Positions 9,695 through 19,988 of a stretch of DNA of 64,000 bases are shown in pieces; the first letter of the stretch is position 1; each line of letters begins with the position of its first letter. The notes under the pieces are model-generated. The model saw only the letters and a program-made list of their open reading frames with translations. It had not been told where the DNA came from and did no database searches. The stretch covers positions 512 through 64,511 of the forward strand of contig CAZSFZ010000010.1 in the NCBI GenBank assembly GCA_964606385.1, written 5' to 3'. The translations under genes and the position numbers were made by a program. Source of the stretch: an uncultured bacterium. Lineage in GTDB: Bacteria; Omnitrophota; Omnitrophia; Omnitrophales; Aquincolibacteriaceae.

Positions 9695-10711
9695 ATGAAA
9701 GAACGCCGTCTTGGAAAAACGGAGCTGCGTGTTTCCGAGATCGGTTTCGGTTGTTGGGCGATCGGCGGGAACGCCTACGGCCCGGTTCGTGATGAAAATT
9801 CCTTGGACGCCCTTGCCGTTGCGTGGGACGCGGGGGTTAATTTTTTTGATACGGCGGACACTTACGGGGAAGGCCACAGCGAAACACTTCTCGGGAAATT
9901 CCTGAAGAGCAAACCCCGGGACCGGCGGATCATTGCCACGAAGTGCGGCTGGGATTTTTACAGGCCCTCGCAAAAACCCGCGTCGCTTTTACCCGGTTTA
10001 TCCGATAAACTCAATCACGCGGGGCATCGGAAGAATTTTGATGCGGGTTATATCCGCTTTGCCTGTGAACAAAGCCTTCAACGCCTCGGCGTGGACGCGG
10101 TCGATCTTTATCAGCTGCACAACCCTTCTCTGGAATTGATCCGGCAAGGGGACCTTGTCGGCGTTCTGGAAAACCTGAAAAAAGAAGGGAAGATCCGCTT
10201 TATCGGGATCTCGGTCCATACGGAAGAGGAGGCCCTGGCGGCTCTTGAAGACCCCCGGATCCACGCGATCCAGGTCATCCTGAACATGCTGGACCAGCGC
10301 ATGGCGGCGAAGGTCCTTCCGGCGGCCCAAAAAAAAGATGTTGGCGTGATCGTGCGGGAACCGCTGGCTTCAGGGCTTTTGAGCGGCCGTTACGCGCCGT
10401 CGCATGAATTTCCTAAGGACGATCACCGCCGCCGTTGGATTCCTGAAAAACGCGAAGCGGATTGGCGTAAAATACAGGCGATCCAAAAAGTCACGGGACC
10501 CGGGCGCGCATCGCTGGTCAAGATGGCCCTGGAATTCGTGCTTGCGTTCGAACCGGTTTCCACCGTGATCGCCGGCGCCAAGACCAAGGCCCAGGCGCTT
10601 GAAAATGCGGAGGCGTCTTTGCGCCCCGAATTGGATCCTGAGATGACGGAACGCCTGAAGGAACTTTTTAATAAAGAAGAGATTTTTCGGAAAGGTTTGA
10701 ACCCGCGATGA
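9695..10711 (+). CDS. Aldo/keto reductase
   Basis: MKERRLGKT..VSEIGFGCW..GG N-terminus, the FFDTADTYG motif and an AKR C-terminal pattern. Confidence 0.85.
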   Translation: MKERRLGKTELRVSEIGFGCWAIGGNAYGPVRDENSLDALAVAWDAGVNFFDTADTYGEGHSETLLGKFLKSKPRDRRIIATKCGWDFYRPSQKPASLLPGLSDKLNHAGHRKNFDAGYIRFACEQSLQRLGVDAVDLYQLHNPSLELIRQGDLVGVLENLKKEGKIRFIGISVHTEEEALAALEDPRIHAIQVILNMLDQRMAAKVLPAAQKKDVGVIVREPLASGLLSGRYAPSHEFPKDDHRRRWIPEKREADWRKIQAIQKVTGPGRASLVKMALEFVLAFEPVSTVIAGAKTKAQALENAEASLRPELDPEMTERLKELFNKEEIFRKGLNPR

Positions 10712-11922
10712 AGCGAGGACGGACGTTTTTTTATTTTTTGATCGTGTTGGGCGCTCTGTGGATGGTGCATGCGCGGCTCTTGGGCATGGCGGCGGAACCC
10801 TATCTCGAAAAGATCATGACCAAGGTCTTCGATATGCCGGTCCATATCGAGGGGATGAGTATTTCTCCTTTTTTCGGGCATCTCCATGTCAAAAAACTGG
10901 AGATCCTGAATCCTCCGGGATTTCGGCGCCGCGATCATTTCACCTGTAAGGATTTTGATATCTGGCTGGACCTCCGCGTGCTGAAGAACAAGTTCATCCG
11001 GATCCGCAAAGCGCATTTTAAGAGGGTCATTTTTGCCATCGAGAGTTACATGACCCCGGAGGGGTCCCGCACCAACGTGTGGCATTGGTACCACCATATG
11101 GGGCTCGATGAAGACAGCCCGCCGCTCCCGCCGCGTTCCATGCCGCACCCGGACAATATCGGGGAGGTTTTGTGGCGTACGCGCATTGATCGCCTCGAGA
11201 TCGAGGACGGAACGGTTATCTTCGATGACCGACGGGAAGCCAGGGAACAGCGATGGCTCATCGATCATATTAAGGGGTATTGGACGGGTTTTGATTTTCT
11301 TTCCGATTATGTCAGCCCCACTTTTACAGAAACGATTCACGTGGATGCGACCTTCGGCGTGAACCCTCCGGCGCGTTTCACGGGCGGTGGGAAATGCCAG
11401 TTCGCGGACGGGGATAATTTTGACGTGGATGTCCAGATCACCGACGGCTCTGTCGCGGAGTATGACTTTCTGCTTTCCCCCATTCTGGGTGAAGTGCAGA
11501 CGGGGACTTATGATCTCAAGTCGCACCTCCTATGCATTGAGGGAGATCTCCGTTCTGAGCATTGGCTGACGCTTAAATCCATGACTTTTGCGGCGCCGAC
11601 GGCGGCCCAAAAACTTCTGAAATATCCGTTCGACGGGATCCGGCTGTTAATGGAGAATCAGAAAGCTGTGGAGCTTGAGATCAAGGTCGACGGACAGATT
11701 GATGACCCCAAATTCCGTTTTTACAGCGCTTTCGCGAAGGCTCTTCAAAGATCCGTGCTCGCGAAAACCAAGGCGGGATTGACGGGGACCGTCAAGCTTG
11801 CCGCCAATACTCCCGGGACGCTGACGCGGGGGTTAAGCAAACTCGGATCTTTTCTGGCCGATCCTTTCACTTCGGATGACAAGACCGGGACCGGTTCTGG
11901 AGGAGACCTTCAAAATGTCTAA
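10708..11922 (+). CDS. Hypothetical N-terminally anchored protein (AsmA/DUF748-like N-terminus)
   Basis: Single N-terminal TM. Start overlaps the AKR stop and the 3' end overlaps the era start, consistent with an operon. Confidence 0.5.
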   Translation: MKRGRTFFYFLIVLGALWMVHARLLGMAAEPYLEKIMTKVFDMPVHIEGMSISPFFGHLHVKKLEILNPPGFRRRDHFTCKDFDIWLDLRVLKNKFIRIRKAHFKRVIFAIESYMTPEGSRTNVWHWYHHMGLDEDSPPLPPRSMPHPDNIGEVLWRTRIDRLEIEDGTVIFDDRREAREQRWLIDHIKGYWTGFDFLSDYVSPTFTETIHVDATFGVNPPARFTGGGKCQFADGDNFDVDVQITDGSVAEYDFLLSPILGEVQTGTYDLKSHLLCIEGDLRSEHWLTLKSMTFAAPTAAQKLLKYPFDGIRLLMENQKAVELEIKVDGQIDDPKFRFYSAFAKALQRSVLAKTKAGLTGTVKLAANTPGTLTRGLSKLGSFLADPFTSDDKTGTGSGGDLQNV

Positions 11923-12823
11923 AACCAAAGTCGGCTATGTCGCGATCATTGGAAGGCCGAATGTCGGAAAATCCACGCTTTTAAATTATCTGGTGGGAGA
12001 GAAGCTCGCCGGCACGTCCGCCAAACCCCAGACCACCCGCGATGTGGTCCGTGGGATCCTGACCGTCCCGGACGGTTCGGTGGTCAAGAGCCCCTACCGC
12101 GGGCAGATTATTTTTCTGGATACGCCCGGCGTTCACCAGCCTAAGGATGCGCTGGGCGCGGGGATGGTCCGCGACGTCCAGCAGTCCCTTGCGGATGCCG
12201 ACCTTCTTTACTGGATGGTCTACCCGAAAGCGATGGGGGATCCGGAGCGCGCGATCCTGAAATGGATGAAAGAGGTCACGATCCCCGTTTTTCTCGTGGT
12301 CAATCAGATCGATCATTTTCCCAAAGACGATCTTCTGGTCGCCCTGGATTCCTTCCAGAAGGTCTTCCATTTCAAGGAATTCATTCCGGTCAGCGCCAAG
12401 ACGGGAGAAAACGTCAAGACGTTGGTCCAGCAGACCCTGGCCTACCTTCCCGAAGGAGAATTCATTTATCCCGAGGACCAGCTTTCCGACCAGAATGTCC
12501 GTTTTCATGTGCAGGAAATGATCCGGGAAAAACTCTATCACTTCTTGGGCGAGGAGCTTCCGTATGACGGGGCGGTCCGGATCGATGAGTTCAACGAAGA
12601 AGACAAGATGACCCGCATTCACGCCACGATCGTGGTCGAGCGGGATTCCCAGAAAGCGATCGTGATCGGAAAAGGCGGCGAGAAGATCAAACAGATCGGC
12701 ACCGCCGCGCGCCTGGACATCCAGAAATTCCTCGGAAGGAAAGTGTTCCTGCAGCTTTGGTGCAAATCCATTCCGGGCTGGAAAAGCAATATTGGTTTTC
12801 TTCGCGAATCACAACATCATTAG
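11915..12823 (+). CDS. era: GTPase Era
   Basis: GRPNVGKSTL G1 motif, DTPG G3 motif and a C-terminal KH domain. GGAGGAG RBS 10 nt upstream of the ATG. Confidence 0.9.
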   Translation: MSKTKVGYVAIIGRPNVGKSTLLNYLVGEKLAGTSAKPQTTRDVVRGILTVPDGSVVKSPYRGQIIFLDTPGVHQPKDALGAGMVRDVQQSLADADLLYWMVYPKAMGDPERAILKWMKEVTIPVFLVVNQIDHFPKDDLLVALDSFQKVFHFKEFIPVSAKTGENVKTLVQQTLAYLPEGEFIYPEDQLSDQNVRFHVQEMIREKLYHFLGEELPYDGAVRIDEFNEEDKMTRIHATIVVERDSQKAIVIGKGGEKIKQIGTAARLDIQKFLGRKVFLQLWCKSIPGWKSNIGFLRESQHH

Positions 12824-12874
12824 TTAATCTCATCATTCCTTCTCACTTCGTCAATATCCCGGGATAACCCATCC

Positions 12875-14470
12875 ATGCAAACAGGCCTGATCCATGAAGA
12901 AATAGCAAGGCGCCGGACGTTCGCGATCATTTCGCATCCGGACGCAGGAAAAACGACGCTCACGGAGAAATTCCTTCTCTATGGCGGCGCCGTTCAGCTC
13001 GCGGGTTCGGTGACCGCGCGCAAACAGGAACGGGAAACCGCGTCCGACTGGATGGAAATGGAAAAAAAACGCGGGATCTCGATCAGCTCGACGCTTCTTC
13101 AGTTCGACTACGGGCCGTGGCGGGTCAACCTGCTTGATACCCCGGGGCACAAAGATTTTTCGGAGGACACCTACCGGGTCCTGATGGCTGTGGACGCGGT
13201 CGTGATGGTGATCGATTCCGGAAAAGGTATCGAGAGCCAGACGCGAAAACTTTTCGAGATCTGCCGCCACCGCGGGATCCCGATCTTCACTTTCATGAAC
13301 AAGCTCGACCGTCCGGGGCTTTCCCCGCTCGCGCTCATCGATGAACTGGAAAATGTCCTCGGGATCCACGCCTATCCGGTGAATTGGCCCCTGGGCGGCG
13401 GCCGGGAATTCAAAGGGGTTTACGACCGGCTTAAAAAAGAAGTGCATCTTTTTCAGAAAGTCCCCGGCGGTGCTTATAAAGCCCCGGTATCGATCCACGG
13501 GTTTTCGGATTCCGCGGTAAAAACGATGGTCGATGAAGAATCCTATAAGCATGCGGCGGAAGAACTGGAACTTCTGGATGCCGCCCATGTCGGTTTTTCA
13601 CCGGAATCAGTACTGGAGGGGAAGACCACGCCGGTCTTTTTCGGGAGCGCCGCCAATAACTTCGGCGTGCAGCTCTTGCTCGACGGGTTCATCAAATATT
13701 CTGCGGGGCCCTCGGACCGGCAGGCGGGGGACCGGTCCATCCCGGTGATCTCGAAGGATTTTTCGGGATTCATTTTCAAGATTCAGACCAACATGAACCC
13801 GCTCCATCGCGACCGGATCGCTTTTTTGAGGATCTGTTCGGGGAAATTCATCCGGGATATGGACGCCTATCACACCCGGACCGGAAAAAAGATCCGGATC
13901 GCGGGCTCTCACACGCTTTTGGGCCAGAGCCGTGAAACGGTGAACGAGGCATACCCGGGTGATATCGTCGGATTTGCCGTGAAGTCGGATTTCCGGGTGG
14001 GGGACACCGTGAGCGAGGATCCTTCGGTCGCCTTTAACACTATCCCGCGTTTCGCGCCGGAATGTTTCGCGCAGATCCATAATCCCTCGCCCGCCAAGTA
14101 CAAACCTTTCCGGAAAGGCCTGGAGCATCTTTTGGCGGAGGATATCGTGCAGGTCTTCAGCTGGATCAAACCCGCCAACCCCAACATCGCGCTTCTGGGG
14201 GCCGTGGGGCCTCTCCAGTACGAGGTGCTTCAGTACCGGCTTAAGGAAGAATACGGCGCGGAATCCCAACTTGAAATGCTCCCGTGGAAGGTCTTGAGAT
14301 GGGCGGAAAGCTCGCTGACGGATACGGACCTCGGTGACGTGCTTTCGTATGGGGCCGCTCTGGCCCGGGACGAACAGGGGAGACGCGTGATCCTGTTCCT
14401 GAGCGAATGGCTCTACAGGAATTTCCAGGAAAAGAACCCGCACATCACCCTGCTCGATTCGCCCAAATAA
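12875..14470 (+). CDS. prfC: Peptide chain release factor 3
   Basis: RTFAIISHPDAGKTTLTEK, DTPGHKDF and NKLDR GTPase motifs. 531 aa is typical for RF3. Confidence 0.9.
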   Translation: MQTGLIHEEIARRRTFAIISHPDAGKTTLTEKFLLYGGAVQLAGSVTARKQERETASDWMEMEKKRGISISSTLLQFDYGPWRVNLLDTPGHKDFSEDTYRVLMAVDAVVMVIDSGKGIESQTRKLFEICRHRGIPIFTFMNKLDRPGLSPLALIDELENVLGIHAYPVNWPLGGGREFKGVYDRLKKEVHLFQKVPGGAYKAPVSIHGFSDSAVKTMVDEESYKHAAEELELLDAAHVGFSPESVLEGKTTPVFFGSAANNFGVQLLLDGFIKYSAGPSDRQAGDRSIPVISKDFSGFIFKIQTNMNPLHRDRIAFLRICSGKFIRDMDAYHTRTGKKIRIAGSHTLLGQSRETVNEAYPGDIVGFAVKSDFRVGDTVSEDPSVAFNTIPRFAPECFAQIHNPSPAKYKPFRKGLEHLLAEDIVQVFSWIKPANPNIALLGAVGPLQYEVLQYRLKEEYGAESQLEMLPWKVLRWAESSLTDTDLGDVLSYGAALARDEQGRRVILFLSEWLYRNFQEKNPHITLLDSPK

Positions 14471-14473
14471 CGT

Positions 14474-15667
14474 TTAAAACGAGGCGAAATCGGGGAGGTT
14501 TTTTCCGAGGAGCGGGAGCGCATAATCCCGGAAAGCCGGCGTGATCATTCCCGCTTTTTTATCGAAAAATGCCTCGGGAAGGTCCCGCTCGTTGTTCGGG
14601 ATCTTTTCAAGCGGCACCGGTCTGTAACCGATGGCGTACCTTTTCCCGGGTTTTCTTTCGAATCCCACCATGACCCGGGTCATTCCTCGAAGTGCCCATT
14701 TGACGGCTTGAACGCCGGCTTGGAAGGCTTCTTTTTGGTCCGTCTCGGAAATATAGGCCATCGACATGCGTTGGATCGTGCCGGGTTTGTCGAAACGCGC
14801 GCGCACTTTGAGGTTCTTTTCGAGAATGCTCGCGAGCCGCGCCGAGGCGCCCTCGACGTAGTTATGGCCGAAGGGGTCCGCGGTGACGCCTTCGGTTTTC
14901 CGCCCGATCCGGTTGCCGGCGTAATCCCGGATCGTTTCCGAGATCACAATGATGCAGTAACCCGTCGACTGCAGGACCGCCTCGACTTTTTTGACGAAAG
15001 CCGTCTCGTCGAAGGGGACTTCCGGGATGAGCAGGAGGTGTGGCGCGTCTTTCGGGGATTTTTTAAGAAGCGCGGATGCCGCGACGATCCATCCGGAATT
15101 CCTCCCCATGAATTCGATGATCTTAACGGGGTCGACATTTTTCATGGATCGGGTGTCGAGTGCCGCTTCCTGGGTCGTGATGGCCGCAAAGCGCGCGACG
15201 GACCCGTACCCCGGACAGTGATCGGTCTCCATGAGGTCGTTGTCGATAGTTTTCGGGATGTGGATGACACGGACCTCGTAGCGGGCTTTCTCCGCCGCGC
15301 GGATGATCTGGAGGCTGGTATTCGCCGTATCATTTCCGCCGATCAAAAAGACAAACCGGATATCGTGTTTCCGGAGACTCGAAATGATCTTCTGACCATC
15401 TCCGGGTTTCAGCTTGTACCGGGAGGAGCCGAGGGCGGCGGAAGGGGAGTTCGCGATCTTCTCGATAAACGCGGACGGTTTTGCCTTAAGATCGATGAAA
15501 GAACCGTTCAGGATGCCTTCGATCCCGTGCCGCGCGCCAAGGATCCCTGTGACTTGCCGGGAGGCACGCGTAGCCGCGACCACGCCGGCAAGGCTCTGAT
15601 TGATCACCGCGGTGCAGCCGCCGGATTGCCCGACGACCGCTTTTCCCTTAAGAGCGGGATTCCTCAC
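14474..15667 (-). CDS. 6-phosphofructokinase (PPi-dependent-like type)
   Basis: GQSGGCTAVIN and other PFK motifs. GTG 15667 is taken as the start because it abuts the stop of the next minus-strand gene. The ORF-track N-terminal extension is rejected. Confidence 0.75.
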   Translation of the reverse strand: MRNPALKGKAVVGQSGGCTAVINQSLAGVVAATRASRQVTGILGARHGIEGILNGSFIDLKAKPSAFIEKIANSPSAALGSSRYKLKPGDGQKIISSLRKHDIRFVFLIGGNDTANTSLQIIRAAEKARYEVRVIHIPKTIDNDLMETDHCPGYGSVARFAAITTQEAALDTRSMKNVDPVKIIEFMGRNSGWIVAASALLKKSPKDAPHLLLIPEVPFDETAFVKKVEAVLQSTGYCIIVISETIRDYAGNRIGRKTEGVTADPFGHNYVEGASARLASILEKNLKVRARFDKPGTIQRMSMAYISETDQKEAFQAGVQAVKWALRGMTRVMVGFERKPGKRYAIGYRPVPLEKIPNNERDLPEAFFDKKAGMITPAFRDYALPLLGKNLPDFASF

Positions 15668-15669
15668 GA

Positions 15670-16011
15670 TCAGGAAACCTTGATCTCTTTCTCGAGTTTG
15701 CCGCTCTGATTGCAATAGCCTTCAACGCTGATCACGTCCCCGGTCTTGGCTTGCGGGATGGGGATGGCGATGGCTTGCTCGATATTGGCATCCTGTTCTT
15801 TAAAGGTAAGGGTCTGGATCTCCTTCCCGTTCAGGCCGATATCGACTTTGTTGATGTAGTGGCTTTTGGGGTTGCTGACAGGGTGTTCGATGGTCGCGGT
15901 CAGAAGCTGAAATCTTTTATCGAACTGGATCTTGATGTCCGCGGGAGGATGCGCGAAGGCCAGCTGACCCGCGATGAGGAGACCGCAGAGAAGGAAGCAA
16001 ATTTTTTTCAT
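15670..16011 (-). CDS. Small secreted hypothetical protein
   Basis: Signal peptide MKKICFLLCGLLIAGQLAFA, 113 aa. Confidence 0.5.
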   Translation of the reverse strand: MKKICFLLCGLLIAGQLAFAHPPADIKIQFDKRFQLLTATIEHPVSNPKSHYINKVDIGLNGKEIQTLTFKEQDANIEQAIAIPIPQAKTGDVISVEGYCNQSGKLEKEIKVS

Positions 16012-16023
16012 GGGATATTCCTT

Positions 16024-16791
16024 TCAGGATGTTTTAGGGGTTGTTTTGAGTTTCAATGCCGGGATCTTATTCAAAAGTGGTACAAAAGCATTCAGGACGA
16101 GCAGGGAGAAAAGCTCGGGTTCGTACCGGAAACCCCATTCAGTCAGACCAAAGAACAGGAGGGCGGTTCCGGCGCCGAAAATGACCTTGGCCCAGCGCGT
16201 CGAAGGCGTCGTTTTGGGTTCGATCAACATGATAAAAATAAAGAAGTAATTAAAATAGCCGGGAATGTTCCATAGCGAGGCGCCCTGGCTCAAGGCCTGC
16301 GGAATGAAAAGAAGGAGCGCTGCCGCGAAATAGCCTAGCACCAGTTCGATCTTCCTGATCTTGTAGACAAAATAAACGCCCGCCGGCACGAGCAGGTACC
16401 ACAGGTAGGCACCCTTCCATTCCGTGCGGCCTCCCAGAAGCAGAACGGTAAGGAAAATGCCAAGCGCCGCCGGATTGAAAATATTTTTCCCTCGGAATCT
16501 CAGGATGTATTTAAGTCCAAAGGTAAAAACAGCGGCCGCCAGGAACAGCCACCAGGGTGATCCTGAAGCGAGGAGGAAGCCGATGATCAAACCGGATGTC
16601 AGCGCGCTTTCGGTGACCTGGAATTTCCTGGTTTTGATGAAGAGGATGACCCCTTCGATCAGGATCGAGAAGAGCAGGGCCCAGGCGAATCCGGCAAGAA
16701 AAACGGAGCGGGGTTCTTTCAAGAACAGGTATAAGGCGAAGGCACCAAGGAACAGATTGAGCTGGGTTTTGATGGACTTAAAATTGATCAA
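16024..16791 (-). CDS. Polytopic membrane protein (weak RnfD/NqrB-like FNPAALG motif)
   Basis: About 7 TM helices and the motif NIFNPAALG. Family assignment is tentative. Confidence 0.4.
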   Translation of the reverse strand: MINFKSIKTQLNLFLGAFALYLFLKEPRSVFLAGFAWALLFSILIEGVILFIKTRKFQVTESALTSGLIIGFLLASGSPWWLFLAAAVFTFGLKYILRFRGKNIFNPAALGIFLTVLLLGGRTEWKGAYLWYLLVPAGVYFVYKIRKIELVLGYFAAALLLFIPQALSQGASLWNIPGYFNYFFIFIMLIEPKTTPSTRWAKVIFGAGTALLFFGLTEWGFRYEPELFSLLVLNAFVPLLNKIPALKLKTTPKTS

Positions 16792-16894
16792 ACCGCGCCT
16801 TCCTTTGCTTTAGATGTTTTGAGAACGAGAAAACAGTATAATGTAAAAATCCAGGCAAAACCAACCCCATAATTATCGTACAAGAAAGGTCCGG

Positions 16895-18022
16895 ATGCAA
16901 AACGTAAGGATCCGAAAGGCCGAGGCGAGGATCTGGCGCGCGAAGCTCGTGCGTCCCTTTAGTATCGCCAAAGGTCAACATGACCTGCTTGAAAATGTCC
17001 TTTTCTCTATAGAGCTCTCCCAAGGCGTTCGAGGGTTCGGGGAGGCTCCGGTGGCGACGCATATCACCGGCGAAACGGTCTCCGGAACACTTCACAATCT
17101 CCAGAAGGCGGCACGGGAGATCTCCGGCCGGGAGTGGGGCTCCCTCCGGGATATTTCGGCCGAATACCGCAAGAAATTTTCAGGAAATACCTGCGCTCTC
17201 GCGGCGCTTGAGATGGCCCTGCTGGACGCGACGACGCGTTCTCAAGGTATTCCGCTTTGGCGGTTGTGGGGACGCAAGCTCCGGACCCTCCGGACGGATA
17301 TGACGGTAGTGCTGGGCGATGTCCCTGAAGCCGAGGCTGCTGCTCGTGAGATCCTGGGGCGGGGGATCCGCTCTTTTAAGGTGAAGATCGGCCGGGATTT
17401 CGGGCTGGATCTCAGACGTGTCGCGGCGATCGCGGGTCTTGCCGGGAAATGCCCTATTTATCTGGACGCCAATCAGGGTTTCACGGCCGCCCAAACGCTC
17501 AAATTCCTGAAAGAACTGGCCAAGCTCAAGATCAAACCGGCCTTGATCGAACAGCCGGTGCCGAAAGGGGATTGGGAAGGGCTTACCAAAGTTACGCGCG
17601 AGAGCAGGATCCTTGTTTGCGCGGATGAAAGCGTTTCTTCTCTGGAGGATGCCAGGCGCCTTGTCAGGGAAAAAGCCGCCGGATCGATCAATATCAAATT
17701 CGCGAAAACGGGGGTCTTGGAGGCTTATGAGATCGCCCGGCTGGCCAAGCGGCATTCTATCAAGCTCATGATCGGGACCATGATGGAAACACCCTTGGCC
17801 GTGACGGCGGCCGCGCATTTCGCTGCAGGAGTCGGAGGTTTTGATTTTATTGATCTCGACGCGTCCTTTTTTATGGCGGAACGTGTGACGCGGGGCAGTT
17901 TTGTGAACCGCGCCGGCCTTTACGATCTCCGGAAGGTCAAAAAAGGGATCGGCGTTGTCCCCTGGCCTCCACCTACGAGGTGTGGCGTACCACACCTCGT
18001 AGGTGTGAAGGGGTCTGTATGA
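16895..18022 (+). CDS. Enolase-superfamily enzyme (mandelate racemase / muconate-lactonizing family, dipeptide-epimerase-like)
   Basis: FKVKIGRD KxK motif and metal ligands in IYLDANQG, LIEQP and CADES. The last 14 codons lie inside a palindromic repeat. Confidence 0.75.
   Translation: MQNVRIRKAEARIWRAKLVRPFSIAKGQHDLLENVLFSIELSQGVRGFGEAPVATHITGETVSGTLHNLQKAAREISGREWGSLRDISAEYRKKFSGNTCALAALEMALLDATTRSQGIPLWRLWGRKLRTLRTDMTVVLGDVPEAEAAAREILGRGIRSFKVKIGRDFGLDLRRVAAIAGLAGKCPIYLDANQGFTAAQTLKFLKELAKLKIKPALIEQPVPKGDWEGLTKVTRESRILVCADESVSSLEDARRLVREKAAGSINIKFAKTGVLEAYEIARLAKRHSIKLMIGTMMETPLAVTAAAHFAAGVGGFDFIDLDASFFMAERVTRGSFVNRAGLYDLRKVKKGIGVVPWPPPTRCGVPHLVGVKGSV
17969..18009. repeat. REP-like palindromic element, copy 2 (16-bp perfect inverted repeat around CGTA)
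   Basis: CACCTACGAGGTGTGG-CGTA-CCACACCTCGTAGGTG. Same unit as at 1588-1630. Confidence 0.6.
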
Positions 18023-19170
18023 TCCGGAATTCTTTCGGGATCCTTTGCGTTCTGATCCTGATCGAATGCCTGATCCTTTTTTTCTCGGAAAACCCGAAAA
18101 CAAAAAAGCTCTTTCATTTCCCACCCGCGCTTTTCTGGATCTATTTTTTGCCCATGATCGTTTCCGGCCTGGGCGTGATCCCGCAGCAGCACGCGGTCTA
18201 TCCGAAGATCACGAATACCATGCTTCCGGCGGGGCTCATCCTGTTGTTGATCGTCACGGACCTCAAGGCCATCCTCAAACTGGGCCGGCCGGCACTGCTG
18301 ATGATGTTCACCGGAAGCGCCGGGATCATGATCGGCGCGCCGCTGGTCGTTTGGCTTTTTAAACCATGGCTTCCGGCGGACGCGTGGTCGGGGTTTGGCG
18401 CGCTTTCCGGTTCCTGGATCGGAGGAAGCGCCAATATGGTGGCGGTCAAGGAGGCGATCCATACGCTGGACGCGGTCTTTTTCCCCATGATCGTCGTGGA
18501 TACGGTCGTGGCGTATTCATGGATGGGGCTTTTGATCCTGCTCGAAGGCATTCAAAAGCGGTACGACGCGTGGAACCGGTCGGACCGGTCGATCATCGAT
18601 GAGCTGGCCCGAAAGACAGCCTCCGCGGAGACCCGCGCGAAAAAATTTAACTTTCAATTTCTGCCGCTTATCCTTGCAATGGCCTTCGGCGGCGCCTGGA
18701 TCTCCAACAAGCTTGCCGGTATCCTGGGGAACGGGTCATTCGCCTGGACGATCATCTTTGCTTCGACGATCGGGATCCTGTTGTCTTTCACTTCTCTGCG
18801 GAAGCTTGAGTCCCACGGCGCTTCGCGGGTCGGATATTTCTTTCTCTTTCTGGTCCTGACGTCGATCGGCGCCCGCGCGAGCCTTTCCGGGATTTTTTCA
18901 GCGCCGCTTTTGATCATAGCGGGGGTCGTAATGGTGCTGATCCATGCCGCGCTACTTCTTATTATGTCCCGCATGGCGCGTATCCCGCTCTGTCTCGTTG
19001 CGACCGCGAGCCAGGCGAATATCGGAGGCCCCGCTTCGGCTCCGATCGTGGCCGCGGCGTACGAACCCGCCCTCGCACCAGTAGGGCTGCTCCTGGGGAT
19101 CCTTGGGAATGTGATGGGCACCTACCTGGGTCTTCTGACGAGCTATGGATGCCGTTGGGCGGGATCGTAA
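18019..19170 (+). CDS. DUF819-family polytopic membrane protein
   Basis: About 11 TM segments. ATG overlaps the upstream stop (ATGA). Confidence 0.6.
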   Translation: MIRNSFGILCVLILIECLILFFSENPKTKKLFHFPPALFWIYFLPMIVSGLGVIPQQHAVYPKITNTMLPAGLILLLIVTDLKAILKLGRPALLMMFTGSAGIMIGAPLVVWLFKPWLPADAWSGFGALSGSWIGGSANMVAVKEAIHTLDAVFFPMIVVDTVVAYSWMGLLILLEGIQKRYDAWNRSDRSIIDELARKTASAETRAKKFNFQFLPLILAMAFGGAWISNKLAGILGNGSFAWTIIFASTIGILLSFTSLRKLESHGASRVGYFFLFLVLTSIGARASLSGIFSAPLLIIAGVVMVLIHAALLLIMSRMARIPLCLVATASQANIGGPASAPIVAAAYEPALAPVGLLLGILGNVMGTYLGLLTSYGCRWAGS

Positions 19171-19188
19171 AGGGCGGGGGTCTGGATC

Positions 19189-19890
19189 CTAAAAATAAGC
19201 GGAGAAAAGGGCCTCGATCTCTTTGATCTGGTCAGATGCCAGGACCATTTCGGTGAATTGCGCGTAGCAATTCAGACTGCAGATGGCATTGAGCGTCGCG
19301 TCCTGGATCCGGATGGTGGACAGGCGCTTGTGAAAGGCCCGGTTCACGATCTCGATCTCCTTATAAACCTGATCCAATCCCGTCAATTCCAGGTCCGGTT
19401 TGCCGCCCTGCCGTTGAATAAAAAATTGCGCCATCACGTACATGGAGATCGCCCGGTAGGCCGTTTCCTTGGTCGTGGCGAAAGGGAGATGCGTGAAAAC
19501 AAGCGGGCGCAGCCTGTCGAGGACCGGACAGCCGCTCGTGGCCATATAGATGCCGAACAGGGATCGTAGCGCGGTCTGGAGCGGGACGGTCTTTTGATAA
19601 TCCCGCGGTTCCGTCCGGATCGTCACTTTCACCTCGCGGTAGGAGAGGTCGCATGAAAAAACCTCGATCACCGGAAAAAGATTTTTGGCGACCGGACAAA
19701 AAGGGTGCTCCTGGACCTTCAGGGGGCAGTTCGGGCACTGGCAGCAGTCGAGCTTTGTCCAATCAGGAAGTTTTTCCCGGGCGGGAGCGATGAGCTCCAG
19801 GGTTTTTGGATCAAGTTGAATAGGGAACTTTTTTTTGTGTCCGTCCGGGAACGCGAATTCGTACTCAAATGTAAGTTCCGTCTGAGGCAT
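19189..19890 (-). CDS. Hypothetical Cys-rich protein
   Basis: CCQCPNCP...FCPV motif. No recognisable family. Confidence 0.45.
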   Translation of the reverse strand: MPQTELTFEYEFAFPDGHKKKFPIQLDPKTLELIAPAREKLPDWTKLDCCQCPNCPLKVQEHPFCPVAKNLFPVIEVFSCDLSYREVKVTIRTEPRDYQKTVPLQTALRSLFGIYMATSGCPVLDRLRPLVFTHLPFATTKETAYRAISMYVMAQFFIQRQGGKPDLELTGLDQVYKEIEIVNRAFHKRLSTIRIQDATLNAICSLNCYAQFTEMVLASDQIKEIEALFSAYF

Positions 19891-19988
19891 GGGATCCCTC
19901 CGTCGCGTCAAGCATCATAACATTTCATAGCTGCCTTGGATAGTTCCGGCATCTTTTTTCATATCAAATATGATAAAATGCCCGCCTT

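Noticed and set aside
14708-15709. 333-aa plus-strand ORF opposite the PFK gene; also 13607-14443 opposite prfC, 12851-13588, 11981-12622 and 10423-11526
   Set aside because: All are antisense to genes with strong motif-level homology (PFK, RF3, Era, AKR/hypothetical). Their products are Arg/Asp/Gly-rich with no domains.
17180-18462. Minus-strand ORFs 17180-18124 and 17920-18462 over the enolase-family and DUF819 genes
   Set aside because: The plus-strand gene shows the enolase-superfamily KxK and D/E/D metal ligands, and the DUF819 product is a coherent 11-TM protein. The minus frames are highly charged low-complexity.
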